Positions 1 to 21,480 of a stretch of DNA of 64,000 bases are shown here, piece after piece. The stretch spans positions 2,592,001 to 2,656,000 of the forward strand of contig CP086569.2 of assembly GCA_009914755.4 (NCBI GenBank). The letters are read 5' to 3'. This DNA comes from the human T2T-CHM13v2.0 reference genome, Homo sapiens. The stretch's first letter is position 1, and each line of letters begins with the position of its first letter. The notes below the pieces were generated by a model. The model ran no database searches and was not told the origin of the DNA. It worked only from the letters and a program-made list of their open reading frames with translations. Both the position numbers and the translations under genes were made by a program.

Positions 1-503
1 ACACAACAAAAAGAGAAAAACTACATGCCAGTAGCACTGATAAACTTAGATGCAAAAAATCCTCAATAAATTACTAAGAAGCCAAATTTGACATTAAGAA
101 TATTATTTACCATGATCAAATGTCCTATATCCCAGGGATGAAATAATGGTTCAACATACACAAATCGGTAAATGTGATACATTAACAGAAGAAAGAACAA
201 AAACCACATGATTATTTCAACGGATGCAAAATAAAAGCTCTTAAATAAAATTTAACAACACTTTATGACAAAAGACTTAAACTGGCCGTAGAAGTAATGA
301 TATACCTCAAAATAATACAGGACATGTTTACATCTAAACAGTAACTTTATGGACAAATTTACAGCTAAAATCATATTTTACAGAAAAAAAAATTGGAGGT
401 CTTTTTTTGTAAAATCTGTAACAAGAGAAGATGCTCACTTTTACCACTTTACTATAATACTAGAAGTCCTGGCCAGAGGAGTCAGGCTTGAAAAAGAAAT
501 AAA
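1..503 (+). mobile_element. Old L1 ORF2 fragment (+), truncated by the window start and interrupted by an Alu.
   Basis: Nucleotide-level similarity to the L1 ORF2 RT region (..aaaaaccacatgattatttcaa.., ..ctagaagtcctggccagagga..EKEIKG..) with many stops. Confidence 0.7.
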
Positions 504-804
504 GGGGTTGGGCGTGGTGGCTCACGCTTGTAATCCCAGCACTTTGGGAGGCTGAGAGGGGGGCATCGCGAGATCAGGAGATCGAGACCATCCTGGCTAA
601 CACCGTGAAACCCCATCTCTACTAAATATAAAAAAAATTAGCCGGGCGTGGCAGCGTGGGCTTGTAGTCCCAGCTACTTGGGAGGCTCAGGCAGGAGAAT
701 GGCGTGAACCCGGGAGGTGGAGCTTGCAGTGAGCTGAGATCAGCGCCACTGCACTCCAGCCTGGGCAACTAAGCGAGACTCTGTCTCAGAAAAAAAAAAA
801 AAAA
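504..804 (+). mobile_element. Alu (+), full length with a 16-nt A tail, followed by an A-rich simple repeat at 840-930.
   Basis: gggcgtggtggctcacgcttgtaatcccagcactttgggaggc ... gcgagactctgtctcagaaaaaaaaaaaaaaaa. Confidence 0.9.
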
Positions 805-1324
805 GATTGATATTCATAATGTGTAAAATGTGTCTACAAAAAAAGGAGAAGGAAGAGCAACTCCAAAAAAAACAAACAAACAAAAAAAAAAAAAACAAGA
901 ACAACAACAACAAAGCAACAGGTTGTTCCAAGGAAATTTTCAGAAAAGAAAAATTGCATAGCTAATATACCACAAAGAAATTATAAAATTAAAACAATGT
1001 TAGCATTTCACAGTTCCTGGGTTGACAGACATAAACAGTATCAAGAGTTGGTTGGCTAAGGAGCAGGGAATGGAGAACACTCTTCTTGCTTGAAAGAATG
1101 ACTCCTGGTATACTGGGCATATTATGGTAAAATAATGTAAAAACCATTAGTAAATGGTTTTTACTAATGTAAACCCATTAGTTTTATGGCTTAATGAAAC
1201 AGGACAAATTATTTTATAAAACTGATATATATAATCATATTTTAATAAACATAGACATAGACCCTACAAGCTTTGAAACTTGAGAACGTTTAATTTGTCT
1301 TATCTGAATTCCTTTCTCAGAAAA

Positions 1325-2760
1325 CTAACCATCTGGCCTCCCAGGTTTCAGACACATAGTTTGTGAAGATTTTTCTCCCACTCTGTGTGTTGTCTGTTTT
1401 CTCTATTGATTATTTCTTTTGCATTGCAGAGGAGCTTTTTAGTTTAATTAGGTTACATCTATTTATTTTTGTTTTTTTAAATTATTTGTATTGAGTTTGC
1501 TTTTGTGTTCTTGGTCATGAACTCTTTGCCTAAGCCAATGTCTAGAAGGGTTTTTCCAATGTTATCTTCTAGAATTTTTATGGTTTTATGTTTTAGATTT
1601 AAGGCTTTGATTCATCTTCAGTTGACTTTTGTGTAAGGGGAGAGTTGAGGATCCAGTTTCATTCTTCCACATGTGGCTTACCAGTTATCCCAGCACCATT
1701 TATTTAATATGGTGTCTTTTTCCTTCCTATGTTTTTGTTTCCTTTGTGGAAGATCAGTTGGCTGAAAATATTTGGCTTTATTTCTGGGTTCTCTATTTTT
1801 TCCATTGGTCTTTGTGCCTGTATTTATACCAATACCGAGACAGCCAGGGGGTAGGGAGTCCCTGGAGAAACGCCAACCAGTCTGCCCACTGAAGTGGGGG
1901 GAGGCTCTGGGAGCTCATCACGTTTACAGCTGGGAGGAACCTGGCTCCTCGTCTTCTAGGAGGGGAATCTGGCCTTGTGAAAGATCCCTGTTTCCCTTTA
2001 TTTTCCCCTTTCACCCAATAAAACCCTCCATTATTCACCCTTTAAACCACCTGTCAACCCAAATTTCTGTGGCTGTGGGATGGACAGGAAACCAGTCTTT
2101 AGCTGAACTAATGAAAAGTCCTGCAACAATACCATAGCTGTTTTGGTAATTATAGCCTTGTAGTATAGTTTGAAGTTGGGTACTGTGACACCTCCAGATT
2201 TGTTCTTTTTGCTTAGTGTTGCTTTAGCTATGAGGGCTCTTTTTTGTTTCCATATGAATTTTAGGATTGTTTTTTTCTAGTTCTGTGAGGAAAGATAGTG
2301 GTATTTTGATGGGAATTGCATCAAAAATTTGTATATTGCTTTGATACTATACTCATTTTCACAATATTGATTCTACCCATCCAGGAGCATGGAATGTGTT
2401 TCCATTTGTTTGTGTTATCGTCTGTGATTTTTTTCAGCAGTGTATTGTAGTTTTCCTTGTAGAGATCTTTCACATCCTTGGTTAGGTATATTTCTAAGTA
2501 TTTTAACTTATTTTTTGGCAGCTGTCATAAAAGTGATTGAGTTATTGATTTGAATCTTAGCTTGGTCATTGTTGGTGTGTGCACTGTGTGCATTGATTTT
2601 GTATCATGAAACTTTACTGAATTCATTTATTGGATCTAGGAGCTTTTTGGATGAGTCTTTAGGGTTTTCTAGGTATACAATCATATCATCACTGAACAGT
2701 GACAGTTTGACTTTCTATGTATTGATTTGGATGCCCTTTGTTTCTTTCTGTTGTTTGATT
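1325..2760 (-). mobile_element. Old L1 (L1PB/L1M-like) ORF2 fragment (-), split by a 290-bp non-L1 insert at 1838-2127.
   Basis: The reverse complement matches L1 ORF2 (..ccagcaccatttatttaatat.. is rc of taaataaatggtgctgg; ..ccatatgaattttaggattgtttttttctag.. is rc of the ORF2 RT-C region). L1 collinearity resumes exactly after the insert. Confidence 0.7.
1838..2127. repeat. 290-bp insert of unknown family inside the old L1 (LTR-like, contains AATAAA). It is bounded by a short direct repeat, CAATACC before 1838 and again as its own last 7 nt. Its 3' part plus the adjacent L1 is duplicated at 4733-5033.
   Basis: L1 collinearity breaks at 1837 and resumes at 2128. The internal sequence ..tctggccttgtgaaagatccctgtttccctttattttcccctttcacccaataaaaccctcc.. 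is not L1 or Alu. Confidence 0.4.
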
Positions 2761-2967
2761 GGCTAATACCTATTCACTTTCCCACAGTGGTTTGAAATTC
2801 TGGAGGCAGCAACTACTAAACATCAAATTACAGTATTTTAACTTGTTAAATGCTAGAGAGAACTGCAGTAGACATTCTGCATTGTAAATATTCTATTAAC
2901 TACTATTCGTGCTGTTAAGTTACAGAGTTTTGACTTCTGGGTCTGAAAAAGGCAGCTACTTCCTTTT

Positions 2968-5033
<2,066 letters not shown>

Positions 5034-5281
5034 AATGCACGGTTCTTGTGAAACAGAGGTCCAGAAATCAAAACTATTCAATCCATATAGGCCCAGGGAC
5101 TATTGTGGAAGATGGATGATTCTGATTCTTTGAATTATCTGAAAATTAGTTGAGAGATTTTCTATATATTAAACATTAATGTCAAAAGCACACTGATGTA
5201 AGTCCAGGACCTGGTCCTCTGTGTCAGAATAACAGGGTTTTCTTGGAGCATTGATCTGCTCTTTAATAAAAAATTGTAAAT

Positions 5282-10293
<5,012 letters not shown>

Positions 10294-10407
10294 AAAAAAT
10301 TGTAAATGATTATTAAAGGCTTATGAAATATTTACCTTATAATAATCTAATTTAAAAAAATATGGTGTCAGTCAATTCTAACTATTCACTATTTCCTTAT
10401 AGCAATT

Positions 10408-10640
10408 GACTTCAGAGTTCCATTAAACCTCTTTTTCTTTATAAATTGCCCAGTCTCAGGTATGTGTTTATCAGCAGCAAGAAAATGGACATACAAAAAC
10501 CATCAGATCTTGTGATACTCACTCATTTTCATGAAAACAGTATGGGGAAAATCTCATGATCCATTCACTTTTCACTGTGTCCCTCCCACAGCAGGTGGGG
10601 ATTATAGGGATTACAATTTGAGGTTACAATGTGACACAGG
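10408..10640. repeat. Two MaLR (THE1/MST-type) LTR fragments: a 3' end (+) at 10408-10500 and a 5' part inverted (-) at 10500-10640.
   Basis: ..ccattaaacctctttttctttataaattgcccagtctcaggtatgtgtttatcagcagcaag.. and the rc of ..cccacctgctgtgggagggacacagtgaaaagtgaatggatcatgag... Confidence 0.5.
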
Positions 10641-10747
10641 GGACACAGCAAAATCATATCAAATAGATTTGTTTATAAGGGTTTATTAAAATAGTTTAAT
10701 AATACAACAGAAAAAGGTAAAATTTGGTTTTCTCTTTTGAAATTATT

Positions 10748-11044
10748 TTTTCTTTTCCTTTTTTTTAGGATCTCAGTTTGGCTTTCAGGCTGTAGAGCAT
10801 TGGTGTGATTGCAGGTTACTGCAGCCTCAACCTTCCAGGTTCAGATGATACCTCCACGTCAGCCCCCTGAGTAGCTGCAACTACAGGCATGAACCACCAC
10901 ACCCAGCTATTTTTTCTGTTTTTTGGTAGAGATAGGGTTTTCCTATGTTGCCCAGACTGGTCTCAAACTCCTGGGCTCAAGTGATCTGCCTGTTTCAATC
11001 TCCCAAAATGCTGAGATTATAGGCATGAGCCACTGTGCCTGGCC
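10748..11044 (-). mobile_element. Alu (-).
   Basis: A poly-T head then ..gatctcagtttggctttcaggctgtagagcattggtgtgattgcagg...ggcatgagccactgtgcctggcc. Confidence 0.85.
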
Positions 11045-11369
11045 TGAACAGAATTTGTGTGTAATATTAATTAGAAATGGTCCTGCTATTATGTATCTTT
11101 GGTGGAAGTAAGGGGCTGGAGAGAGAAAGATTGTGTTTCAGAAGAAAACTATAGTATTAATTTCACCTTTGATTCCCAGTTGGCCAAGAGGCCACCATCA
11201 TATGGAGCTACCGAAAATGCCCCTTCTCAGCATTGTGAAAGGAAAATATCTTGGGTCCCTTCAAGGTAGTAACTACTCAGGGCAAATCTGCTTCCCATTA
11301 TATTCAAAGTCATCCTTCTGATCACTGAGTTAGATGCATATCTGATTGCCTCCTTTGGATAGGCTTCTC

Positions 11370-12035
11370 AGAAACTCAAAAGAATACAACCATTTGTCTC
11401 TCACCTACCTGTAACATGGAAGCCCCCTCCCTGCTTTGAGTTGTCCCTGCCCTTCTGGATGGAACCAATGTACTTCTTACATATATTGACTGATGTCTTA
11501 TTTCTCCCTGAAATGTATCAAACCAGGCTGTGCCCCAAACACCTTGGCCACATGTCATGAGGACATCCTGAGGCTATGTCATGGGTGTGTATCCTCAACT
11601 TTGGCAAATATACCTCCTTGAACTTGGAAAGTTTTAAAGTGTGTCTTATCAGAGTTCCTTTCTCAGGCAGCCCACCATCAGGCCTCCCATGTAGTATCAA
11701 GGAACTAAAACATAACTAGATTACTCCATTGGGATAATGAGATGCCAGACCCCTCACCCATTGCAATTGCATAACTGACCACTTGCTTCCTGTTGACCAA
11801 ATCATCTTCTTTACACCTCCATAATTTCTGTTTTTCTGCATGTGTTTATATTTTTTCCCTGCTATATAAACCTTTGACTTTAGTTGCTTGGCACGATGGA
11901 TTTGAGACTGAGCTCCTATCTTGTTGCCTGCAGCACCTGATTAAGCTTCTTCCCTATAAATATTTCTTGTTTTAGTAAATGGCTTCCTTTTCAGTGAGCA
12001 GCAGGACCTAGACTGAACCCCTGGCATTTTGGTAA
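11370..12035 (+). repeat. Possible solo ERV LTR (TATAAA, a poly-A-signal-like motif, and TG..CA-type ends). The family is not identified.
   Basis: ..tgtaacatggaagccc...ccctgctatataaacctttgac...ccctataaatatttcttg...gaacccctggca... It abuts the MaLR LTR at 12047. Confidence 0.25.
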
Positions 12036-12046
12036 CATTAATCATT

Positions 12047-12430
12047 GATATGGTTTAGCTATGTCCCCATCCAAATCTCATCTTGAATTATATAGTTCCC
12101 ATAATCCCCACATGTTGTGGGAGTGGCCTGGTGGGAGGTAACTGAATCATGGGAGCAGTTACCTGCTTGCTGCTTTTCTCATGATAGTGCATGAGTTCTC
12201 ATGAGATCTAATGGTTTTATATGGGGCTTTTCCCCCTTTTGCTTGGAACTTCTCCTCACTGCTGCCATGTAAAGAATGATGTGTTTGCTTACCCTTCCAC
12301 CATGATTGTAAATTTCCTGAGGCCTCCCTAGCCATTTTGAAATGTGAGTCAGGAAAGCCTCTTTTCTTTATAAATTACCCAGTCTCAGGTGTGTCTTTAT
12401 TAGCAACATGAGAATGGACTAATAACAATC
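12047..12430 (+). repeat. THE1/MST-family MaLR LTR (+), nearly full length.
   Basis: tgatatggtttagctatgtccccatccaaatctcatcttgaatt...cccacatgttgtgggag...tcatgggagcag...ctcttttctttataaattacccagtctcaggtgtgtctttattagcaacatgagaatggactaata. Confidence 0.8.
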
Positions 12431-12645
12431 CTCAGTGGAAAAGCTATTTTAGATCTGGACAAAGAGGATTTTACAAGAGTGTGCTAATGTTTTTCAAAAT
12501 GTGCTTGGTGTTGGGGAAAACTATTGATACGTGAGCCCTAAAATCAGTTCCTACAAGTAGGGCCCAGAAATCTCCATTTTTTAAAAAAGATGTTTCTCTG
12601 GAAATTTAAGAACTATAGCTGTTTTCTGAAATATAAGTGGTCTGA

Positions 12646-12969
<324 letters not shown>

Positions 12970-14254
12970 ATAATTGTTTTTAAAATAAGTGGTATTGCAT
13001 TGGTCCACATAAACATGAAGGAAGCAAGTAGTGTCTATAGAGCTTGTTCCTCAACAAAAATACTTGCGAATGTGAAGGTAAACTTTTCTTTTTGTATTTG
13101 TCTTTGTTTGTCTTTCAAACCTGTGAAGTATTTTGAATATACACACATGGAGAATTACTCCACATATCCATCACTCAGCTTCTATAACTGTTACAACATA
13201 GACAAATCTTATTTCATGTATACCTTTCACCTATTTCACGATCCACTCATGATCCTCCCTCAACTTCACAGTTTTTTGAAGCAAATTTCTGAAATATCAT
13301 TTCCTGTAAAAATATTTTGATGGCATATCTTTAAAAGATAGGAATTCTTTTTTAAGGGTATAATTACATAATCATGTCAAAATAAACATTAACAAAAGCA
13401 TTCAAATTCAACATATTAACAAGAATATGTAGGTATATAATAATATATATATTTGTATTGTATCTGTATATCATAATAGATGTATATTCATGTATATCTG
13501 TATATATAGGCATATTAAGAGTTTATATATTTCAAAGTCATAGTTTTTATAGTTATTTTTCTGGATCAGGATTAAAATAAATCTTATATAATTGTTTAAT
13601 ATGCCTTTTAAGCATCTTCTAATTTATTGATTTTCCCCTCCATTTTTATCTCATATTTTTTATTTAATAAAGAAAAGTCATTTGTCCAGTAGAGTTTCTC
13701 GCCCTCTGAATTGTGTTAATCTATTCCTGTAAAACACTCCCCACCACCATGGCTTTACATGTTTCTCTAAGCCCCTAAATTTATTGTAAATTAGTGGTTA
13801 AATCTAGAGGATTGATTGTGTACAAGACTGCTTTGGGGGAGTTAGGAAACAAATTACTTTATAGATCTTATTGTGCATATCCTTCATAGGGCACATATCT
13901 AATTGTCTTCTAGTAGTCACTGATAATCATTGCTTTAGATTAATTTAGGTACTAGGGCTTGCAAAATGGTGGTATTCTCCTATTGTCTATCCTTTATGAA
14001 TTACTTGGAGTACACTTGTTTTTTGTATTTGACGTTTTTATTTTAGGCTGTAAAAACAAAAACAAGCCAAACAAGCCAGCAAGCAAACAAGAAGAAGAAA
14101 ACAACAACAACACAAACCTTGAAATAGACTTGTCAGATGTAAATATTTCTTTTCTAGGGAAATAGAAGGTAGGCCATCTTACTTTACTGATGCTTGCTCT
14201 CTGTGAGGTTTTGATCCTGCTTTGGATTTTTGTTTTGTTGTTGTTGTTATTGTT

Positions 14255-14554
14255 GTTTTTTTTGAGACAGGATCTTACTCTGTCAGACAAGGCTGAGTGC
14301 AGTGACATAATCATGGCTCACTGCAGCCTTAACCTCTTAGACTCAGGTGATTGACCTTCCTCAGCCTCCCAAGTAGCTGAGACTTCAGGTGTGCACCACT
14401 ATACCTGGCTAATTTTTGTATTTTTTGGTAGAGATGGGATTTTACCAGGGTGATCTTTGGTCAGGGTGGTCTCTAACTCCTGGCCTCAAGTGATATGCCT
14501 GTTTCAGCCTCCTAAAGTGTTGGATTACAGGTGTGAGCCACCATACCCAGCCTG
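14255..14554 (-). mobile_element. Alu (-), inserted at the 3' end of the NAP1L1 pseudogene coding region.
   Basis: ..ttgttgttttttttgagacaggatcttactctgtcagac...gtgtgagccaccatacccagcctgg. Confidence 0.85.
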
Positions 14555-14555
14555 G

Positions 14556-16302
<1,747 letters not shown>

Positions 16303-16509
16303 GTAAGAACTCCGAATATCTGAAATGCAATCCCTCATTTCTGTTACAGTTCTTTCGGTGGATGAAAATGGCATATTTGTGCATTCTCTGGACATGCTAT
16401 AACAAGGACACTCCTTGTAACTATTGTTACATATTAACTCAAAAATTCTTTCTCAAAGTGTGGTCTGAGGGTCCTCAGACCCTTACAGGGGAATTTCGAA
16501 ACTATTTCC

Positions 16510-16916
<407 letters not shown>

Positions 16917-17219
16917 CTACATGACATGTGATAAGAAAACAGACTGAAAAAGGGAATACATCTATAAAGAGAAAATTGCTATCACTGTTTTTGGTTGGGA
17001 AAAACATTTGTATGAGATAAACATGTTATTCTTTTCATAATCAGACATTCTTCTCACAAGTGTTGGTTCTCTACCATTCCTCAAAGGTGATAATTTTTTG
17101 AAATATGTTATTGTGGATTCATGATTTTGGATATATCCAATGGGTTTAAGTGCATTGCAATAAAATGGTATTTTGATACTCATCATTAGCCAGTACAAGC
17201 CTCTTCAAACTGGATCACA

Positions 17220-17650
17220 ACGTTTTTTGACACACCCTAGTAATGATGTATTTTGCATGTGAGAAATAAGATGCATTTTGAGCGACCAGAGGGTAGAGTA
17301 TTTTGGGCTGAAATGTGTCCTTCCCCAGATTATAACTCCAAGTACCTCCAACTGTGCCTGCATTTGCAGAGAGGTAATTAAGGTAAAATGAGGTCATATG
17401 GGTGAACTCTAATCCAATATGACTAGTGTCCTTACAAGAGAGTCAGACATAGACACAGAGCGAAGATCAGGTGAAGATAGTGATAAGGCTGCCATCACTA
17501 AAAGCCAAGTAGAAAGGCCTTGGAATAAATCAAACTTGTCAATACTTTGATCTTGGACTTGGGGCTCTGAAATTGTGAGAAAATGAATTTTCTTTTGGTT
17601 AAACCACTCAGTGTGGTATTTTCTTATGGCCTCCATAGCAGCCTAATACA
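17220..17650 (+). repeat. MaLR-type LTR (MST/MLT1-like), about 430 bp.
   Basis: It starts tgatgtattttgcatgtgag and ends ..ttttggttaaaccactcagtgtggtattttcttatggcctccatagcagcctaatacac. The internal ..ggtaattaaggtaaaatgaggtcatatgggtgaactctaatccaatatgactagtgtccttacaagag.. is characteristic of this LTR group. Confidence 0.5.
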
Positions 17651-18879
17651 CTTAGTTCTATAAAACTTTTTGAGAAGTTTTAGATACGATGTCTTTAAAT
17701 TTTGGTTCCATAAAGCTTTTTGAGACATTTTAGATAACATGCTTTTACATTTTGGTGTATGAATTAATTCTATACTATTGAAGTGTCTCTGTTTTCTCAA
17801 AAACTAGTATAATCTTTTTTTGTAAATTCCTTCTTAGTGATGGGAAGTAAAATTCTTTTTTTTATTTTTCTGCTTCATCTTCTTTTGGAAAAAGATATAA
17901 AGACCTTGTACTGTGTCTTGCTTATGCAATTGTAGCTACTTTACGCAATTGTAGCTACTTTATTAAAACCTCGATCTTTGTGAGCTGGTTAGTTACTTTC
18001 AAAGCTGAGACACATTAGCAACTGTGAACAACAGGTACATTTTATCAGTAATAAAAGTTTATTTGCTTTGCAGCCAGTTATTTTGTATTCACAATATACT
18101 TTTGAAATATTATCTCATCATTGTCCCTATATAAATTTTCCCTCTGTTGTGTTTCTTTGAGAAGGTAAAAAGATGTAAATATAGTTGACTTCATCTGTAG
18201 TCATTTATAATCTTTCTTGGACTGTAATAAAGACTTTTCTTATATGACAACTAAAATTAGACCATCCTTTCCTTGTCTCTCACCAAAAGTTAACATTATG
18301 AATGAAAAGTAATGTCAAAAGCTGTTTAGTTTATCTGAACTACCTCTGATCTTTCAGATTAGGAAACATCTTTTTTCCTTTATATTCCTTAGCTGTTCTT
18401 TCTGAAGTGCTTTATATATTGGTAATTTTTTATAATAATACTAGGATTTTTGATAAGCATGTAAGTATTAACAATAATGTTTACTTTGTTTTTTGTGTTC
18501 TGACCATGTTGCTTACAGTTGACATGAGACCCCATTCTTGACATACCATAAGGACATTAAATGAAGGCCTTTGGAAAATATTTGATTTACAGCTGTAATC
18601 CCAGTGCTTTGGGAGGCCATGGCTGTTACACTGAACTAGAGAGTTCAAGGCTGAGTGAGCTACGAAGGTGCCACTGCACTCCAGCCTGCGTGGCAGAGCC
18701 AGGTACCATCTCTAAAAACTTGAACGTTATCAGTATTTTGAAATTATGTTAATTACATATGAAATTAGGCTAGTTTTTTTTACTGAAAAACATAATGTAA
18801 AAATACTTTTCTTTCCTCAAAATACATTGTCTTAACTTGATGAAAATTTCTCAAACAAGATTTTATTTATTTAAATACA

Positions 18880-19117
18880 AGATCTTGCTCTGTCATAAAG
18901 GCTGGAGTGTGGTATCACAATCATAGCCCAAACAAATGGGCTTAAGCCTCCCATAGCTGGGACTACAGGCGTGTTCCACCACACCCAGCACTTTTCAATT
19001 TTTTTGTACAGATGGATCGCCCTATTTTCCAGGCTTGTCTCCAACTATCAGTTGAGCACAAGCTGATTTTATCTCAGCCTTCCAAAGTGTTTTGGAATTA
19101 CAGGGGTGAGCCGCCTC
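18880..19117 (-). mobile_element. Old Alu (-) (AluJ/FLAM-like, diverged). Partial Alu pieces also occur at 18590-18720 (+) and 19362-19480.
   Basis: ..cttgctctgtcataaaggctggagtgtggtatcacaatcatagcc...ggaattacaggggtgagccgcc. Confidence 0.6.
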
Positions 19118-20089
19118 TCATTTATCATTTTTGAAACAAAAGGTAACGACTTGAGAAAACAAGGTCAAACCAATGGTTTGAAAAGAGAATTGCTATCCAG
19201 CACTTAACTCATTATATCAACTATGTACCACTGGTTTTCCTTTCGTAAAGCATTTTATGATTTTTAGGTTTCTCAGTTAAGGACAAGATGATTTCTGAGT
19301 TTTAAAAATAGGTATGCTAGAAAACTGAAATACCTGGCCTCTACATTTAGAGATTACCGGCTCTGGCCCACAGGCTGCAGTGCAGTGGCTTGATCACAGC
19401 TGTCCGCCTGTATCTGCTGGCCTCAAGCGATACTCCAGCCTTGTCCTCCCAAAGCGCTCAGAGGTGAGCGACCGCGATAGGCATGTTTAACTTTTTAGTA
19501 GCAACTTTTAAACACAGTTTGGGTACCTAGTTTAATGGGAAATTAGAGTGCATTAAAACGTAAAGTAATGAAAACGCACAATACACGTTTTTGGAGTTCA
19601 TCAGTACTATCTGTTTAATCAAATGCATTTTCCTCTCAGTCTCTAAAGCCTTTTTAAACTTTAAGAGGATAAATAATTTTGTAAGAAGACAATCCCAAAA
19701 CCAATTGTTAGTTTACATTTATTAAAGGGTGTGCATAATTCATTGTTCATGAGACAATTACACAAAACTGACATTTCAAGGATGCCAAAAGATGAAACAC
19801 TGCCATAAAGAACACACACTAGACATTACAAATCTTGGTCAAAATACCTACGTTAACGCAAAAAAAAAAATCAATTGGCTCAGTAATTGATTAGGATAAT
19901 CCTCCCCTCCTCTTGCCTGTACACTGTGGCAAGTCCATTTACTTTCTTTTTTTTTTTTTTTAAAGCCAACAAAGGAGACAGTGGGGAATGCTATATGTCT
20001 GTATCTGCTTTCCTCCTCAACCCTAGGAATAAAGTAAACACGTTTACTGAGGGCGGGGGTCTAAGGGCCTGCAACAATGAGATCTGTCG

Positions 20090-21480
20090 CCTTGGCTAGG
20101 ACTGGCGCCGAGAGGCGATAGGTCTCGGGAGAGCCTGGCGCAGGGTGTGGGAGATTAGGAATCCCAGGTCCACCGGAGATGGCAGGGGGTGGCCTGGCCC
20201 GGTGCGGGGCCGCTTGCCTGCACGCAACCAACTAAGGCGGTGGTGCGCAAGTAGTGGTGACGGCGGGCGCGCGGAGAAAAGGAACGTTGTGACGGAAACT
20301 CCAGCTGCCGGAGACCCCACCGCAGTGAGGTCACTGGACTCCCCGGACTCGGGGCGTGACCGGCGCCGACCCGGGGCGCCGAGAGGCCCACCGGGCGGAG
20401 GGGGCCCAACTACCATCCCGCATTTTCCTGGGTCTCTCTCCCGGGCGGTGACGTGACGTGCTGACGGCGGGCCCGTGCCGGGGAGCTGGGCCGCTTTTTG
20501 TCAGCTCCGAACTCGGCCCCTCCTCCCTCCCTCCGCCCGCCCTACCAGCCGGAGCCCGGCCCAGTGCTCCAGAGAAAGGCCGTCCTGCAGCACCCGCCGC
20601 TGTCGCCGACCGCCCGCACATCCGTCGGGTGAGTCCCGCGTGCCCCCGCGGCCGCGGGGCCTAGTGCGCGCGCAGTAACCTGTTTGTGGCCTGGTCGGCG
20701 TCCCGTAGGGCGCCCTCCCGCGCTAGGCCGGCCGGCGTGGCGCTCGGCGCCGAACAGGCCCCGAGGAGGCCGCAGTTAGGCCTAGTGATTATCCAGTTGC
20801 CCTGAGCGGCTGCGGAGGTGCGCTCCATAAGCGGGCAGGGTGGGAAAAGTTCGCCCGCTTGTCCGGAAGGCAGTTGATGGACCTGGGGTCGACACCACTG
20901 CGGACGCAGGGCACGGCACGGGGGCGAGAAGGCGAAGGCTGCAGGCGTGAGGTGAAGGCCGGAGGCCTGCTGGGCCTATTTTCGCTATGTAAATGTCCGC
21001 GAAGGGGAGGAGGGACGGGGGGGCAAGATGGCGGCTGCTAGGCGCCTGCTGCTGGGGAGTATTGAGAGTGTTGTCGGGAGGCGGAGCCGCCATCTTGAAG
21101 GCGGTATCTGGAAAAAAAATTCGGTTATGATCCTTGAGGCGGGGATGGGGAAAAGGACGGCGGCGGCGGCGGCAGCGCAGCCTCCGGCGCGACGGCGTGT
21201 CTGCGCAACAGGGCGTGCTCGTTCCCTTGGCGGCCCTTGCCTTTGTCGCCATATGCGCGCGTACGTTCCAGACGCCTGCGGCAGCGCCACCTTTCGGCCT
21301 TCCCCTCACAGCCCATCCTTGGCTGGGTGCAGTGTCGGCTACGCTTTAGGTGACATGCCGCAGGCGTCCGTTCGGGCGCCGGGGTCATTTCGCCCCTCAG
21401 CGCTCCCGGCTCTGTGCCCTTCCGAGAGTCTACAGCCACCCGTTTCAGCAGGTGGCAATTCGGGCATCTAGGCTCACGAG
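20090..21480. promoter_or_regulatory. ZFY: CpG island spanning the ZFY promoter and 5' end (GC-rich, CpG undepleted). It contains Sp1-like GGGCGG, three tandem TGACG half-CRE motifs (20449-20466), two inverted CAAGATGGCGGC YY1-type motifs (21024-21035 and 21086-21097) and a (CGG)5 run (about 21158-21173).
   Basis: Abrupt change from AT-rich repeat sequence to over 65% GC with very frequent CG dinucleotides. It lies about 18 kb upstream of the ATG exon on the same strand. All six-frame ORFs here overlap on both strands, which is typical of a CpG island and not of coding sequence. Confidence 0.7.
20470..20628 (+). other. ZFY: Candidate non-coding first exon (5'UTR) of ZFY, ending at a perfect consensus donor CGG|GTGAGT (intron starts at 20629). 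The 5' end (TSS) is not determinable from sequence.
   Basis: A consensus GTGAGT donor in the + orientation sits about 170 bp downstream of the TGACGTGACGTG/Sp1 cluster and contains no ATG. An alternative TSS or first exon near the YY1 motifs at about 21.0-21.1 kb cannot be excluded. Confidence 0.3.
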
